Below are positions 21,607 to 34,580 of a stretch of DNA of 64,000 bases, in pieces; the stretch's first letter is position 1; every line of letters starts with the position of its first letter. Location of the stretch: assembly GCA_964036045.1 (NCBI GenBank), contig OZ038378.1, positions 179,986,001-180,050,000 on the forward strand, given 5' to 3'. The notes under the pieces were generated by a model, which made no database searches, was not told the origin of the DNA, and saw only the letters and a list, made by a program, of their open reading frames with translations. Origin of the DNA: Eutreptiella sp. 'Long Island Sound 2002' (lineage: Eukaryota > Protista > Euglenida). Position numbers and translations under genes: made by a program.

Positions 21607-24600
21607 TTGTCCTGCGCCACCCCTTGTCCTTCCCGGGGGGGGGGGGGGGGGCTGTCACTTGGTCAACACAAAATTTTTTGTTACGGCTCACTGTGTTGTT
21701 GTGTGGGTGACTGTGTTGTGAGGCACTGCCGCTTGTATCCCTCGTACTCTTGGTAGACATTTTGCTCACTTTCGCTGAAATGGAACTTGACAACACAACC
21801 ATGTTTACCCGTGGGACAAATGCAATGTTCATCCGCTCCACAGGGGAACCTGTTTTGGCGCAGGTTGTTGGATATTCAGATTCAGATTCTAGTATAGATT
21901 CCACCGGTGATGACTCTTCCTGTGGTGGGTTCCTGGGAATCTGCTTGCACCTGCCAAGCCTCCTACCAAAAGGGCCAATCCACCACCCAAGAGTGCTGCC
22001 CAAAGCCTTCCGGTGGAAAGTGGTGAGCATGTGCAGGAGTTCCAGGTCAAGTGGAGCAGGACCAAGAAGTTTTACATTACAGTGCAATTTCTGTGCCTGA
22101 AAATGTGCGTGTACGGTGGTACCCCGGGGGGGGGGGGGTAGTAGCGCTTTGTGCTGATCGCGTCTTGTGCTCACGCACCATAGCCCAGAGTTCCTTCGGG
22201 GTAGTACGGTTCCCCGGGGGGAGGGGGGGGACCGTCACTTGGCAACCGTCCCCCAGGGGGTGGCGGGGGACCGTATTCCCTGGGGCAGGGCAGGACAAGG
22301 GGGAGGGGTGTACAAGGTTGGATTTTCACCTCTTCCTCTTGCTGCTTTGCCCTGTTGTACAGAGGTAGTTGGTGGTTTTGGCTGGGTTTGCTTTCTGGTG
22401 GGATTTACTGCATTTGCATGCAGTGCACAAACATTCTCATAGACCTGCTCACGTCCACTGTTGCCCGGTGGGACCCACCCACATCGGAGGTACGTCTAAG
22501 TGCGATGTTCTTGTACCATGGGGCATTGGGCACTGTAGTGTTGTGGTGCACATGCCTTGCTGCACTGAAGAGCACAGGGTGGCCTTGGTCGCAGGGGCGA
22601 TGTGGAGCACAGCTCAGGAACACAGGATCCCTCAAGACAATCATACACAGAGCCTCACAGGTATACCAAGTGTCTGCGTTTGTGTTGTATGATAATGGTT
22701 TTCATATCTTTAGGTGAATCCGGATGGCCCTGCAACCCGGTCCATCTGACCTGGGCGTTGGTGCAACCACCTGCTCCACACAGTCCCTTGATGGAGGCTG
22801 CATCCTCAAAATTGGCAGTGCAGTCACGCTGCTCGCGCTGTGCTGCTATGCTCTTGATGTGACGCGGGCCCCATCGTACGACCTGGACATCACCTTCTTG
22901 GCTGCCAGCCCGCAGACAAGAATCCAGACAGGCTCTCCGTGGACTTTGCCACACATTCAAAGGCAGACGAATGTATGCAGATTGCCCTCACTGCAGCTGT
23001 CAGCTTATCCTCCTGCCCAGCCCCCAACCCCTGCGCCCCAATTGGGGCGAAGGGGGATGTCTTGTGGCCCTAAGCCCCTGTGCTACCCAAGCCATAGGCG
23101 GTGCAGAGCGGCGTTTGCAACCGTCAGACCTTCCTGGCCAACCCCTTCCGACCACCATGACCAGCTGTATGACCCCTTTTTAAAAAACCCATTCGGCTAA
23201 CTGACTCCTCAAGTGGAGCCCTGGGGCAGGGTGCCCCAAGCGGCATGGGTCAGGGGACGAGGAGTGACGGATGTTGTGGCAATCACACTGTAGTCCTCCC
23301 CTGGCCTCTGGGCCTCCTGGCCGCGGGTTGGGCCGAAAGTGAGAGCGTCAAAAGGTTGAGGGTATCGGTGAGGGCGGCTGCGGCAGGCAGACGTCATAAG
23401 GAGAAGTGCCCTATGAAGTGGGAGAAGCTTCTGCGGAGAGTGGGGTCTATGGGTGACTTGACAGGACCCCACAACACCCGACAACAATACAACACCATGT
23501 ACAGGCAAACGCTACATCGGCTGCCTGCTTGTTTCCTGAGCCGTTGTACAAGCCCCCCCCCCCCCCTCTGGGATTGCTAACGCATGGGCCTCAGTGTGCT
23601 CCTTTCCCTTCAGCCGGCTCAAGGACATCCAAGTACACAATTCAACAACGAGCACGCCACACGTCTGAGGGATGCTGGGGCAACTGCTATTCCCAGTGCT
23701 GCGCACGCGATCGAAAGCCCGTTGGAGGTACTGTATGCACGTGCTGCGCTCCTCAAAGGCTTGCTGTGCCCCGCAGAGGAACCTCTTACACTCTGCACCA
23801 GTGCCCCCCTGCCCCGAACATCACCCGGGTGCGCCTTTTTTTTTGAGATGTACCATGGGTCATTTGGTTAGCAAGTGAATTTTTTGAGGATGATGTTTTT
23901 CCCCTGCTGTCTGCTCAGAGCCTGGGGAGTATCCTCACCCAAGTACAAAGTCAAATACACGGGTATGGCAGGCAGATGAAGTCTGGCATTTGGGGCACAG
24001 GGCGTGTCCAGCTGTTGGGGCACAGTACCCCCCCCCCCGGGGGGGGCAGTACCCACCACCACCACCGACAACCCCGCCCCCCCGGGGGCAGTAGCATAAC
24101 CGTACAGTGCATTACAGTACAGGCAGGGGAGGGGGGTAGTAGGTGGTGATGGGGAGGAAATGGTCATTGACAACATCGGTGATGCCATTCTTCAATGGTT
24201 TGGTGGCATTTGATGTGATATGCCTGTGCTCAAAAGGGGGGTTGTAGGTCCCTAAGGGGGGGGTCATATGTGGGGGTGCAGGTTTGCAAGCTCGACGCAC
24301 CCTGCCTCCCCTTTGTTGTTCCCCCCCCAGTCCTTACACTCGCTGAGCCTTTGTGGCAGCCCCCCCTCTTCCCCCAATCGTCCCCCGGGGGAGGTGTCAC
24401 CTTGGTGACCACCAAACATTGACATGGGGGGTAAACCTCCAAGGCGGATGTTCTGCAATCCGGGAGCAGTGAAACAAGCGACATTGGGAAGTGTGGATCC
24501 CCCATGACCAGCGATCCCTCCGGGGAGCCGGGATGGTTCAGGTCTCCTTGCCGCCGCTTCCCCGAGGGGTATCACGTCGCCTCATTTTCCCCTGCGTAAC

Positions 24601-25483
24601 ACATATTCCGGGAGTCGTTCATGGGGTTTATTGGGCACGTAGGTCACTCGGTTCCTTTCCTTGCGCATCACTTCCCATGCATATCAGTATTCGTCCACGG
24701 TCACGGTATCGGTCCCCGGAGGTGGCGGGGAGGGCCTCACTTGGCAACCATCCCCTTGAACCTTGAAGGGGGGGGGGGGGTGAACAGCGAACGCACCCCG
24801 GAAAATATAGGGAGGGTTGATGGAGAATGAACCACCAGCTCTGAGCTGCAACACCGGGGCCTCGATCTCCAGGCAGGAATTCGGAATGCATCGCAGATGA
24901 AGGGAGGGGACGGAGTCCCACCAGCTTAGCCCCCACTTTGTCCAAGCAACACTAGGGGTGGGCGCTAGTATGATGTCCTGCGCTCTGCTTTTTTGCTGAG
25001 TGTGTCGACCGCGCCCACAAGCGGAATAGACCCAGAGAGCCCACGCTCTTACCAATTGGGTGGCTGACAGCAGCTGCCATCGCTTCGCCATGTCTACGTC
25101 GTCGAAAGGCCAGCGCAGTGCCGCCGACGTGCGAGAGTCGCACCAGACGACGGGTGATCCAGTCTGGACCGCGACAGACTCAGCCCAACTAAAGGCCATG
25201 TCCATGCTTTGCAACCCGGATTTTATCATTCAAAACGACATGTTTGTTTCTGCTGGTTTCCCTGATCACGCGCGCATTTCTTCAAAGTTTTCGATTCTTG
25301 ACGAGGTTACCTCTGTGGAGCAAATGCGAGCGGTCTTCTGGGGTGCGTCCCCGAATTTGCTTCCGGTCTATGCTGCGGATCAGCTGGATGATCTGCTTGA
25401 CTACATGCGTAAGATTGTGAAATTGCTGACGACAGTGGCACAGCTAGACGTCATTCTGTATGCAAAGTCGTCGGCCGTTGATA

Positions 25484-27120
25484 GGGAATGCCATGCACGC
25501 AGTGCGCACGCAGTGCAAAGTTTTGGATGTCGGCCAATACTCGAACCCTAGTTTTGGCCCCTTTTGACAAGTTTTTGGTTCCATACAAGGGTTTTTTGGC
25601 CTCCCAAGCATTTAGGACGTGGCATATTTGAATTGTCAACCATTTCCTAGATTCTTGTCCATTTTGGAATGTAAATTGTGTAAATGCCCCTTCCCTGTGG
25701 CAGAGTCTGCTGGGGCTGTGTAGCCAATTCGCCGAGACCGCCACCTGAAGATCCGTGCATACTTGAGGGCAAGACAAGGGCGACATTTCCAAAAATCATT
25801 GGGCCCCAACCGTCCGGTGCTATTGAGGAAACCGGGACAATCTTTGAATCCACGCTTTGTTGCGTGGTGCATCATGGTGACCCCCGGCGTAGGTTTTGAG
25901 TTTTGATTTTGTTCCCTTTGTCGGGGACCCCCGAGAATGCAGGGGTGACGTAGCATTTCCGCCCTCTTTTGGGCCCCAACCGTCCGGTGCTATTGAGGAA
26001 ACCGGGACAATCTTTGAATCCACGCTTTGTTGTGTGGTGCATCATGGTGACCCCTGGCGTAGGTTTTGAGTTTTGATTTTGTTCCCTCTGTTGCTATGTT
26101 GCTATGTTCAATTCGCCGATACCGGCATCTGAAGATCCCTGCCTCGAGCTTTCATACCCCGGCTCGAGGAGGAGGCAATCAGGGGTCTGGAGATCCCTGC
26201 CTCGAGCTTTTCCCCGGCTCGAGAAGGAGGCAAAAAGGGGCTTTCTTTCTTTCTTTCTTTCAATCGGATTGTTGTACGACGTAAACAATGTGTTGCACTC
26301 CGTTGCGTTGCGTCCTTGTATGTGTTCATGCCTCACCCACGTTTGTTGCCAAATGTCAAACGGGCACCCTGAGCCTGGTAGTTGGTGATACAACTTCAGG
26401 GTGTCTGCTGCGGAACTACTGTATTTCGTGCTACGTTTGTAGAAAACACATGTCGATTTCGAAATTGGTGCGCATGACGGCGCCTATAAGGGCCGCTTGC
26501 ACACCGCTGTACCTTATATTGGTCGGAAAACTTTGACTGACGACCAACAAGAGTATAATGATGTCCATGGCTTCTATCGTGCAAGGGTGGAGCACCTCTT
26601 TGCACGGTTGTGGCAGTGGAGGATTGTCCGCAATGTCTGGACACGCTCTGCAACGGAGCTGCACGGCCATGTGCGTATTTTGCTCCACCTTACTCAGTTT
26701 TGCATTCGCAGACAGACTAGGTATCAACCGTATGGACCTTGGCCTCATGTGCCAGAGTCTGTATGGGCACAGGAGGAGGCAACCGTTGTAGAGGAAGAAA
26801 ATGATGACGGTGTTTGTTGCCAATTGTGTGGCCACCGTCCCGGTGATATATCCGAGTGTGGCACTTGCCACTTGAACATGTGTGCATCTTGCATGCCTTT
26901 GCATAGTTGTACTTTATAAGGCTGATTTCCTTGTTCTAAGGACACCGGATTACCAAGCTGCAGGCAGTTTTGTTGTTCTGATTTGGGCTTTGCTGCTTCG
27001 CCGTGCTACTGGACAGATGAGTGGTATTCTTGGGTGAGTATCCTAGCCTCTGCGTGCGCACTATGCACGCAGTGCGCACGCAGTGCGCACGCAGTGCGCA
27101 CGCAGTGCAAACACTTAGCC
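25484..27120 (+). mobile_element. PIF/Harbinger-type DNA transposon (defective), 3-bp TSD ATA
   Basis: ATA|GGGAATGCC...CACTTAGCC|ATA, subterminal (GCACGCAGTGC)n at both ends, an internal 170-bp tandem duplication (25801/25971) and a transposase remnant. Confidence 0.85.
26270..26919 (+). pseudogene. Harbinger/IS5-family DDE transposase, C-terminal remnant
   Basis: VCCQMSNGHPEPGSW, HDGAYKG and QEYNDVHGFYRARVEHLFARL match the DDE_Tnp_4 GS.hD / D.gY / YN..H...R..VE..F pattern; stops and frameshift present. Confidence 0.75.
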
Positions 27121-28327
27121 ATAGCTCGTCTTTCCTCAATAATGTGATGCGTTTGAAAGATCAGCTGCCGTTCTTGCCAGACCGTATCGGGCAGGTGGAT
27201 AGGCTGCTGGGTTCCATGTCTCGCTCTGAGACGTATGATGCCTGGGTCATTCGGACGTCTCATCAGTCCAAGTCTGAGTCGGCGTCGGTCATCTACAAGA
27301 TGATCAACCTTCGACAGCCGGGGGAATCAGCGGATGGGGTGCTTTTTCGGGAGCCCGACATCAAGTACCAGGTGCTGGTTTTGCAGTATGCCGTGTCCTG
27401 GGAGGATCAGTTGCTTGCTTCCATCTCCAAGTCCCGCGAGGAGGTCGATATCGTGCCTGGGTCGGATGCCCAGGCGAGCAAGTTCGTGTTTGTGGAGTTG
27501 GACTATGGGCAGGCCTCCCGGCTGGTGGAGGAGTTCGGCCGCTACCCGAGATTTGCCATCCTGCCACTGCCCTGGCACACTGGTGCTGCGGTGCAGAAGT
27601 CAGCGCGTCGTCGGGAGGTCAGCATGTTTGCCGCCTTTCGCGATAAACACCTGAAGTTTTTCTTCTCGTACGTGCTAGCGGCTTTTTGGGAATTGGGAGA
27701 GCTGTTCTCTGGTAAGGATGTGGCTGTGCATATCGTCCATTCCAAGCGTATCCGCGTTGGTCTTTCCAAAAAGGCATATGAGCATGCTTGCGCGAAAAAG
27801 GACGAGTGGTACACTGAGATGGGCTTGGAGCTGTTAGATGAGCAAACGGGTCTGAAACTGTCGGGCTCGGTCGGGACCAGCACGCAAGCTTCTTCAGTCC
27901 CGGAGGCGTGGGGCCCCTGCGAGTCGGTCTACTTGACCAATGTGCCGCCGTATTGGCGTTCTGACGTGCTGCAGGAAGTTCTGATGACCCAAGGCACAGG
28001 ACAGAAGGACTTCGTCCTGGATAAGTGTAGATTTCATCTGGGGGACATCCGCACCAAGACCTGGATGGTTACCGGCCCATCCACCTCGGGGCTGCTGGGA
28101 AAGGTCTTGCAGGCGTCCAGCTCCAACACGCTCATCGTGCCCATAAGCTCCAAAGAGTATAATTCGAAGAAAGCACAGATCCAGGGCAAGGGTAAGGGCA
28201 GGGGCAAGGGCATGGGGGGGGGGGGGGGGGGGGCACGGTCTGAGCCCACAGCGGAGCCGATGGACCTGAGCGATAATGAGGCTACCACTCTCAAGTTTAT
28301 GAAGCGGAAACGGGGCGCTGAGTAAAC

Positions 28328-31300
28328 ATGCAGTCACCCAGTTTCTGGCCGTCCATCAGGACGGCGCTGGCAACGTTAAATGTGAACGGCTGGATGCGGC
28401 GCTCGCGAGAGTCGCGCAGGACGCCACCCAGGCGAGAGTCTGTGCTCTCCATGGTTAATCGGCATAAATTGGACCTGGTGGCTCTGTAGGAGACACACAT
28501 CTTCACGCCAGAGGCCAGGGAGTCGCAGTCTTGGTGGCTGCGCAAGCAGGGCTTTGGTGGCCTTTTCAATTTACAAAGTTCATCGGAGGACAAAGGTTCC
28601 TCCGCGATCATATGGCGTTCCTCGGTATGGACGGTGCGCTCAGCGATGTCCCTGTCAACGAGGCTGCTCATCACGGAGCTGGCGTCAGTGGGCGGGGGTG
28701 CGATACGAGTCCTGTCGGGGCATTTCTCGTGTGAAGCAACGCAGCGACGGGATCAGTGGGGGGAGGTGAGAGACGTGCTATCAGAGCTCCCCCCCTTGCC
28801 GTTGGTAACGTTGGCCGATCACAACAGCGTGATGGTGCTGGGGGAAGACTCGGCGACGGTCACCAAAGAAGTGTTGCCGGTGGTGAGGTCGAGGGAGAAG
28901 GAGGGACACGTGCTGCAACAGCCGGAGGTGGATGATGTATGGGTGTACGTGCACGGTGAGAACAGGGAGGAGGCGGTGAAGGGCTATACGCACATGGCCA
29001 AGCAGCGGCGTATCGACCGCATCCACGTGCAGCCGGTAGTCCTGCCGTTCGTGCGCTCTGCATGCCCGGTGGCCACGCCCTCTGACCATAAAGCAGTGGT
29101 CATGCAGCTGGGCCCGCCGGAGGGGCCCACGTGCCCCGCGCGATTTCGTTTCCCTGTGGAGGCCTTGTCTGATGAGGTGGCTATGGGTAGACTGGGGGAG
29201 GGGTTGCAGCAGTGGGCGGACAGAGACTTGGGGCCAATGGAGTGGTGGGCGGGGGTGACGGGTTTCCTGCAACGGGAGGCCCGGGAGTGGCGCTAGGCTC
29301 ACCCCACCTCGGGTTACACAGAACTGCATAGCCTGGTACGAGAGAGCACACCAGTAAAGCTAGCGGTGGGAGCGCTAGAGTACTTGGAGGAGTTGGGTTA
29401 CTCGCCAAGGACAGTGGGGGAGGGGTACGGGTTGTTGATCTCCCTTTTGGCGAACCAGCGCGAGGCCATGTTCAAATCGGATATGTGTGATAGGTTGAAG
29501 CGGCAACTGCAGCCGCGGGACGTGCGAGTCCAGGGTCAGGCGAACCGGCGACGGACCATCCACAACTTGGTACGGCAGTTGTGAGAGCGACAGCACGTAG
29601 CAAGAGTTCGGGATTCGCAGGGGGGGGGTGCACACCGGGATGCGGGCGATCGCTCAGGCAATGCGGGACTATTGGGCGGGTGTCATGGCGGGGAACGCCG
29701 TAACCGAGGAGGAGTGTTGGCGGTATGTGCGGTCGCTCCCAATCCCCCCAAAAATCCTGCAGGCGCTGCCTCTATTCATGAAGCCCCTTTCGTTGGACGT
29801 GGTGTTAGCGGCACTAGAGCGGCTTAAAGGGGGGTCGGCCCCAGGTAAGGATGGTATACCGGCGGAGCTGTACCAGGCGTTTCCATCCATCTTTGCACCG
29901 CGATTGTTGTCAGCCATGCAGGAATTCCTTAGGGAGGGGGGGGTGCCAGCAGAGTGGTCGGTCTCCCTGATGCGGTGCCTGCCTAAGTTTTGTGGGGCGG
30001 AGCAGCCCAAGGATATGAGACCAATTGCACTGCAGCAGGTGTGCTTGAAGTGGGTGACTACTACAGTGATGTTACAGCTCTCGGATGTGTGGCCACAAGT
30101 GATCCCCCCCTGTCAGAAGGGGTTCGTGCCGGGGCGGCAATTGTTAGATCATATAACCTACGCCAGGGCGGAGTGGGAGCGGCTGCCTGATCAGATCATG
30201 GTGGCGGTGGATTTTCAGAAAGCTTATGACTCGGTTACTTTCACGTTATTGAGAGTCACTCTGATCCACTTGGGGTTGCCTCTGGACTACGTTGGTTTAT
30301 TGATGTCGGTGTCGGCGGGGCCAGTTTTGTATTGTGTGGGTAGGGGGTTTGTGGCCGACGTGGAGCTGAGCCCACGCTCCAGCATCCGACAGGAGGACCC
30401 GCTGTCCCCCCTGATTTTCGACTTGGTGACAGTTCTGCTTATTTTCGACTTCAAACGGTTGCATGTCACGGTGGTGGTACTTTTATACGCCGATGACATC
30501 CTGTTAGCGCTGCCGGGGCGGGGGGCACAGCAAGTGGCCGACTTGAGAGCGGTGCTATATGTCTTGCAGGTGTTCCGTTATTTTTCGGGACTGCGGGTCA
30601 ATTTTTCGAAAATGTATGCGGTGGTTAAGTGTTCGGATCCCGACGCCCCGCGGCTGACCACGCTGGCAGGGTTGACGGTAAAGGAACAGCTGAAGTACCT
30701 GGGTATCCAGCTGGGCAACGTCACTACAGCCGATGCTTACGCGCCTGTGGTCGCAACAATGCTGGCGCGGGCGCGCACCCTGGCCACGCTACCTCTGGGA
30801 ATGGAGGAGCGGGCATATTTGTTTGCCACGTGGGTAGCACCGGTGGTCTATCTGACAGCACGGGCGTATGCACCCACGGAGCACGTGGTGGCGCAACTAA
30901 ACATGGTTCACAGGGCGGCACTAGACATCAATAACTGGCGTCTCACGATGCCGATTTTGGCGCTGCCACCGGCGGAGGGGTCTGGGCCAGGTGGGGCTGG
31001 GGCTGTACGCATCCTGGGTGCACAGTCAAACGTTTGTTCAGGCAGTGATGCGACCAGCATCGCTGGCGGAACAGCATGTGCGGCCGTTCCGGGGGTGGGC
31101 CAACCGAGTGGGGCTGGTACCGGAACCGCCGTTTCTCCCCTACCTGCAGCTGGCTTCGATACCCCTGACTAAGCCTACCTTTTTGCAGGGTACAGTGAAG
31201 GCGTACTCGGTGGTTCGACCGGGGGGGGGGGGGGGCGCCAGCCCCCCCCCCCCCCGCCCCCCTGCATGAGTTGTGGTCCCTGGGGGTTTGGCACTGTGTG

Positions 31301-32996
31301 TTCTTTCGCAATAAGGTTTGGTTGACCTACTACTGCCCGGCACTGCACCGAAAGGGGGTGCTGTGCTGGTGTGACCTCATCTCGGGGTCCACGATCCCCC
31401 CCAGGCTGTTGGACACGGTGGCCCCCACGTGGCGTGACATTTATGTGGAGTCGGCAATGCGGGTGGTGGGGATGTACAAACCCAGTTTTGTGCCTCCGGC
31501 TACTCCCCCGGTGGATAATTGGCCGGTGCAGTGGACGAAGAGGCGGACCCTGTTGGCCATGCAGCAACGCACGCGCCACGAGGCCCGACAATCTAAGGAA
31601 GTCTGGCGCGTATTTGGATGCCTACACCTCCCCAAGTGGGATTTAGATTTCATACGGAGGGTCCTGTGGCGAAAGCTACCGGTTGGGGTGAGGATGGAGC
31701 GGCTGGCGGGCAAACTGTGTCCGCAGTGCGGGCGGGTTTGGAGACCACGCGCACACGCTGAAGCGGTGCTATTTTTCGGCTTTTATGTTCGATACGTTAA
31801 GAAAGGCGTTTGGCCTGGCGCAGGGGGTGGGGGCAGCAGTTGAGCCCAGCAGGCTTCTGCTGGAGGAGCCCCTGTTGTCGCTACAGACAACGCAGGGCCT
31901 CGTTTTGTGGGCAGGCCCGCGAGCACAGTGGAAGCTGCGGTGTGAGGTGAAATACCAACATCGGCAGGTTTCACTGGAGGATTTTGTTGCAGCCTGGGTG
32001 GGCGTGTTGGAAAGTTGGAGGGGGGAGCGCAATATATCATGCAGTCGAGTTGACCTACGGCATTTGATAGCTCAACTCCACAGTTGGGCGGAACATAAAA
32101 CAATGTTCCACAGGGCGCCCCAGGCCCCCACGACGGCCAAGCTGCCGTCAGCGCGACCAGATCCGTTGAAGTTAAAGGAGGAAAAATGGGGCAGCCACAA
32201 GCAATCGCTGTTGGCGGAGCTGGAGAAAATGTCGGGTGAGGGCTGGGTGGTGGTGTACACGGATGGCTCCGCGAAACGCGTGCGGGGTTGGATGCAAGCA
32301 GGGTATGGTGTTTGGTTCGGGGACAACAGTAGCCGCAATTTTCGGGCACACGTGCCAGCGCATGAGCGGCAGAGTATCAGCAGGGGGGAATTACGGGGGG
32401 TGTTACATGCGATGCTCAGTCGGGTGGCGGGGGAGCGTATGGTGGTGGTGGTGGATTCCGAGTATGTATTTAAAGCCATTACAATGTGGACAGAGAGATG
32501 GAAGAGGCACGGGTGGCGCACGTCATCGGGGGAGGTAGGGCACAGAGACTTGTGGGAGCACATCGATTGGCTGCGCGGGGAGGCGGGGGACAAGTTGCAG
32601 GTCCGGTGGGTGCCTTCGCACCTCGGGGTGGCGGGTAATGAGGCAGCCGACGAACTGGCGGGGGAGGGCCGGGAACTACACCCCTATAACCTGTTGCCCC
32701 TGTCTAAGCGGCGCCGTGTCACGGAGTGGGATGCTCTGGGGCTGGAGCCAATGGCGGAAGTATCCGACTTGGACCTGGGATCAGAGGTTGACTCAGGGGG
32801 GACGTCAGGCGGCAGTTTGACCGCGCCGTCGACGTCGGGGGGCGAAGACTTCCCTCTATCCAGTTCCGACAACGTGTCGTTTAGTACGGATGTTAGTGAC
32901 ACGCGACTGCGGGGGGCGTGGGACAGTGATAGTAACGAGTTCAGCACGGATGTCAGTGAGAGCAGGAAGAGGCGACGGGGGGGGGTCGAGCCCTGA
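28328..32996 (+). pseudogene. LINE ORF2: AP endonuclease, RT, zinc knuckle, C-terminal RNase HI; several stops and frameshifts
   Basis: APE: TLNVNG, LDLVAL*ETH, LADHNS, RIDRIHV, SDH. RT: APGKDG, RPIAL, QKGF, DFQKAYDSV, RQEDPLSP, YADD, KYLGI. Knuckle CPQC...DHAH...C. RNase H: VYTDGS, RGELRG, DSEY, VPSH...GNEAADELA. Confidence 0.9.
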
Positions 32997-33245
32997 GACG
33001 GAGTGGGCGCCAGTGGCACCTCTGGAGTACTGCTACACAACAGGGGAGGAGCATACCTGAAACACGCGTGGCTCCCACGTCATGCCACGTTTGGTGGCGA
33101 AGGCGGCGGACACGCTGCCGGGGGTCGACCTTCGCGGTCGATCTGAGCTTTGAAGGTCTGCACTAAGTGCAAACCGCAGCAGCAACCGCTGGGGCCTATG
33201 GGGGGGGTAAGACCTGGTGGTTCGAAAGGCCGGTACACAGCACAT

Positions 33246-33316
33246 CGGATAGTAGCATATTGGAAACACGCTTGTCTCCCACGTCATGGGTCGTGGGTTC
33301 GAAACCCGGTGGGCAG
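33246..33316 (+). repeat. Degenerate tRNA-like module in the LINE 3' region (anticodon-loop position CTCCCAC); partial sister copy at 33051-33086
   Basis: TAGCATATTGG (33253), CTCCCAC (33276) and GGTTCGAAACC (33296) have class-I tRNA spacing; acceptor and anticodon stems do not pair well. Confidence 0.55.
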
Positions 33317-34222
33317 GCCGCTGGGGGTTCATCGTAGCGGTCGCCACGGGGGGCGGTTTTTGCGGTGCCAGCCATCTCAACCCAGTTCCTGCTGAGGGTT
33401 AGGGAGGGACACCTGACCTATCCTGACGAACTGTGGCGGCGCCTCCGGCGCCGTATCCGTGGATGAGCTGTGGCGCTTCGCTGGACAGATGGGACAATGT
33501 GTGTCGCGGCTCCGCCGCGTGATACTTGATGATTGAGGGCGTAGGTCTGTCGGTGGGGACCTATCGCTGAACTTTCCACTGTTCTATGGCCAAGCAACAC
33601 TAGGCATTGTTCCCTTCAATATTCGCACCGTGGATTTTGGCGTTGCATTTTTCAATTGGTCCTACTGTGTGCTATGTGTGCTGTACAATACCTTGGGTTT
33701 GAGGTGCATGATGTTCATATTTTGTGTCAAGGAAGCTGATTTGGGCATGATGGCCCTTGTAGCATAAGTTGCCCCTTGGTTTTTCAGAATAGTACACCCT
33801 GTCTTTCCACGTGCACCATTTTCACAGTGTAACGCATCAGCAACACTTGTCCAAAGGCGTTGGTTCCGTCAATTTCTGGTCATGTACCGTTGCTTGGAGA
33901 GCGCGCGTGCGCATTGTGTGTGTGTGTGTGAGAAGGGGGGCGACCATGAAGCGCACCGGCCGACAGGCGGTAGACTCTGGCAAACGTCATCGCCCGGCCA
34001 CAAACTTTGAAGCCGCAGCAAATGCGAACACACGTCTCCCGAGTTTTTCGGTGACCGCGGGAGACGTCTGGAGACCCGCCGCAGTGGCACCAACGCCTGA
34101 TCGCCAACCACCGTCAGTGGCCCTGCCAGGGATTGCCGTGCAGTAGCGAATGGTGCCGCCTCGCGGAAGAGTATTGCGCGGCCGTGTTCAGACCAGCTCC
34201 GTCCCTTTCTCCGTCGTTTCAG

Positions 34223-34580
34223 GCCCGACGCAATCTGCACTGGACCGCAGGCACTCGTGTGCTTGGGGTGACAGCGATTCTCGCTGCAGTCGTGAGCGTC
34301 TACAAGTTCCTCTGGGCTCGCACACCACCGCACAGTTCGATGGAGTTGATGCCAATGGCCGAGCCCGCCGCCGTGCCCCTGGCAGAGCGGCGCAGTGACA
34401 CGGCCGGCCACTGGGCTGCAGCTGCCGTGACGGGGCAGAAGTTGGGCGCGTCCCTCTCACAAGTCATGCAGGAGCCTGAGGCATCGGAGTTCATTCGGCC
34501 CGAAACTGAGCCCAGCTCGACCTCCGACGATCTGAAGGCGTTGCCGGACGATGAATTCGACGCAGTCATTATTGGATCGG
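34223..34580 (+). CDS. CRTISO-like exon (TM segment of presequence plus start of Rossmann fold); 5' boundary inferred
   Basis: Pyrimidine tract plus AG at 34221-34222; donor GTATCA at 34581. Confidence 0.7.

Larger units (their letters stand above)
25090..28325 (+). pseudogene. LINE ORF1 (gag-like, RRM-like segment), interrupted by a Harbinger insertion at 25484-27120
   Basis: Removing the insertion and one ATA gives continuous ...AKSSAVD-SSSFLNNVMRLK...; ESVYLTNVPPYWRSDVLQEVL resembles an RRM RNP2 strand plus helix. Confidence 0.75.
25000..33400 (+). mobile_element. Near full-length, inactivated L1/Tx1-like LINE (ORF1; APE-RT-zinc knuckle-RNase HI ORF2; 3' UTR with tRNA-like modules); ends approximate
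   Basis: Collinear domains on one strand. ORF1 stop TAA at 28323-28325 is followed 2 nt later by ORF2 ATG 28328. No poly(A) or TSD identified. Confidence 0.85.

Noticed and set aside
27021-27120. ORF-track start of the 434-aa ORF
   Set aside because: The first ~33 codons come from the Harbinger right end; the true N-terminus is at 25090, upstream of the insertion.
33363-33420. L1Tc Pr77-like HDV ribozyme suggested by CAGCCATCTCAAC
   Set aside because: No P3 or P1 partner strands follow the motif.
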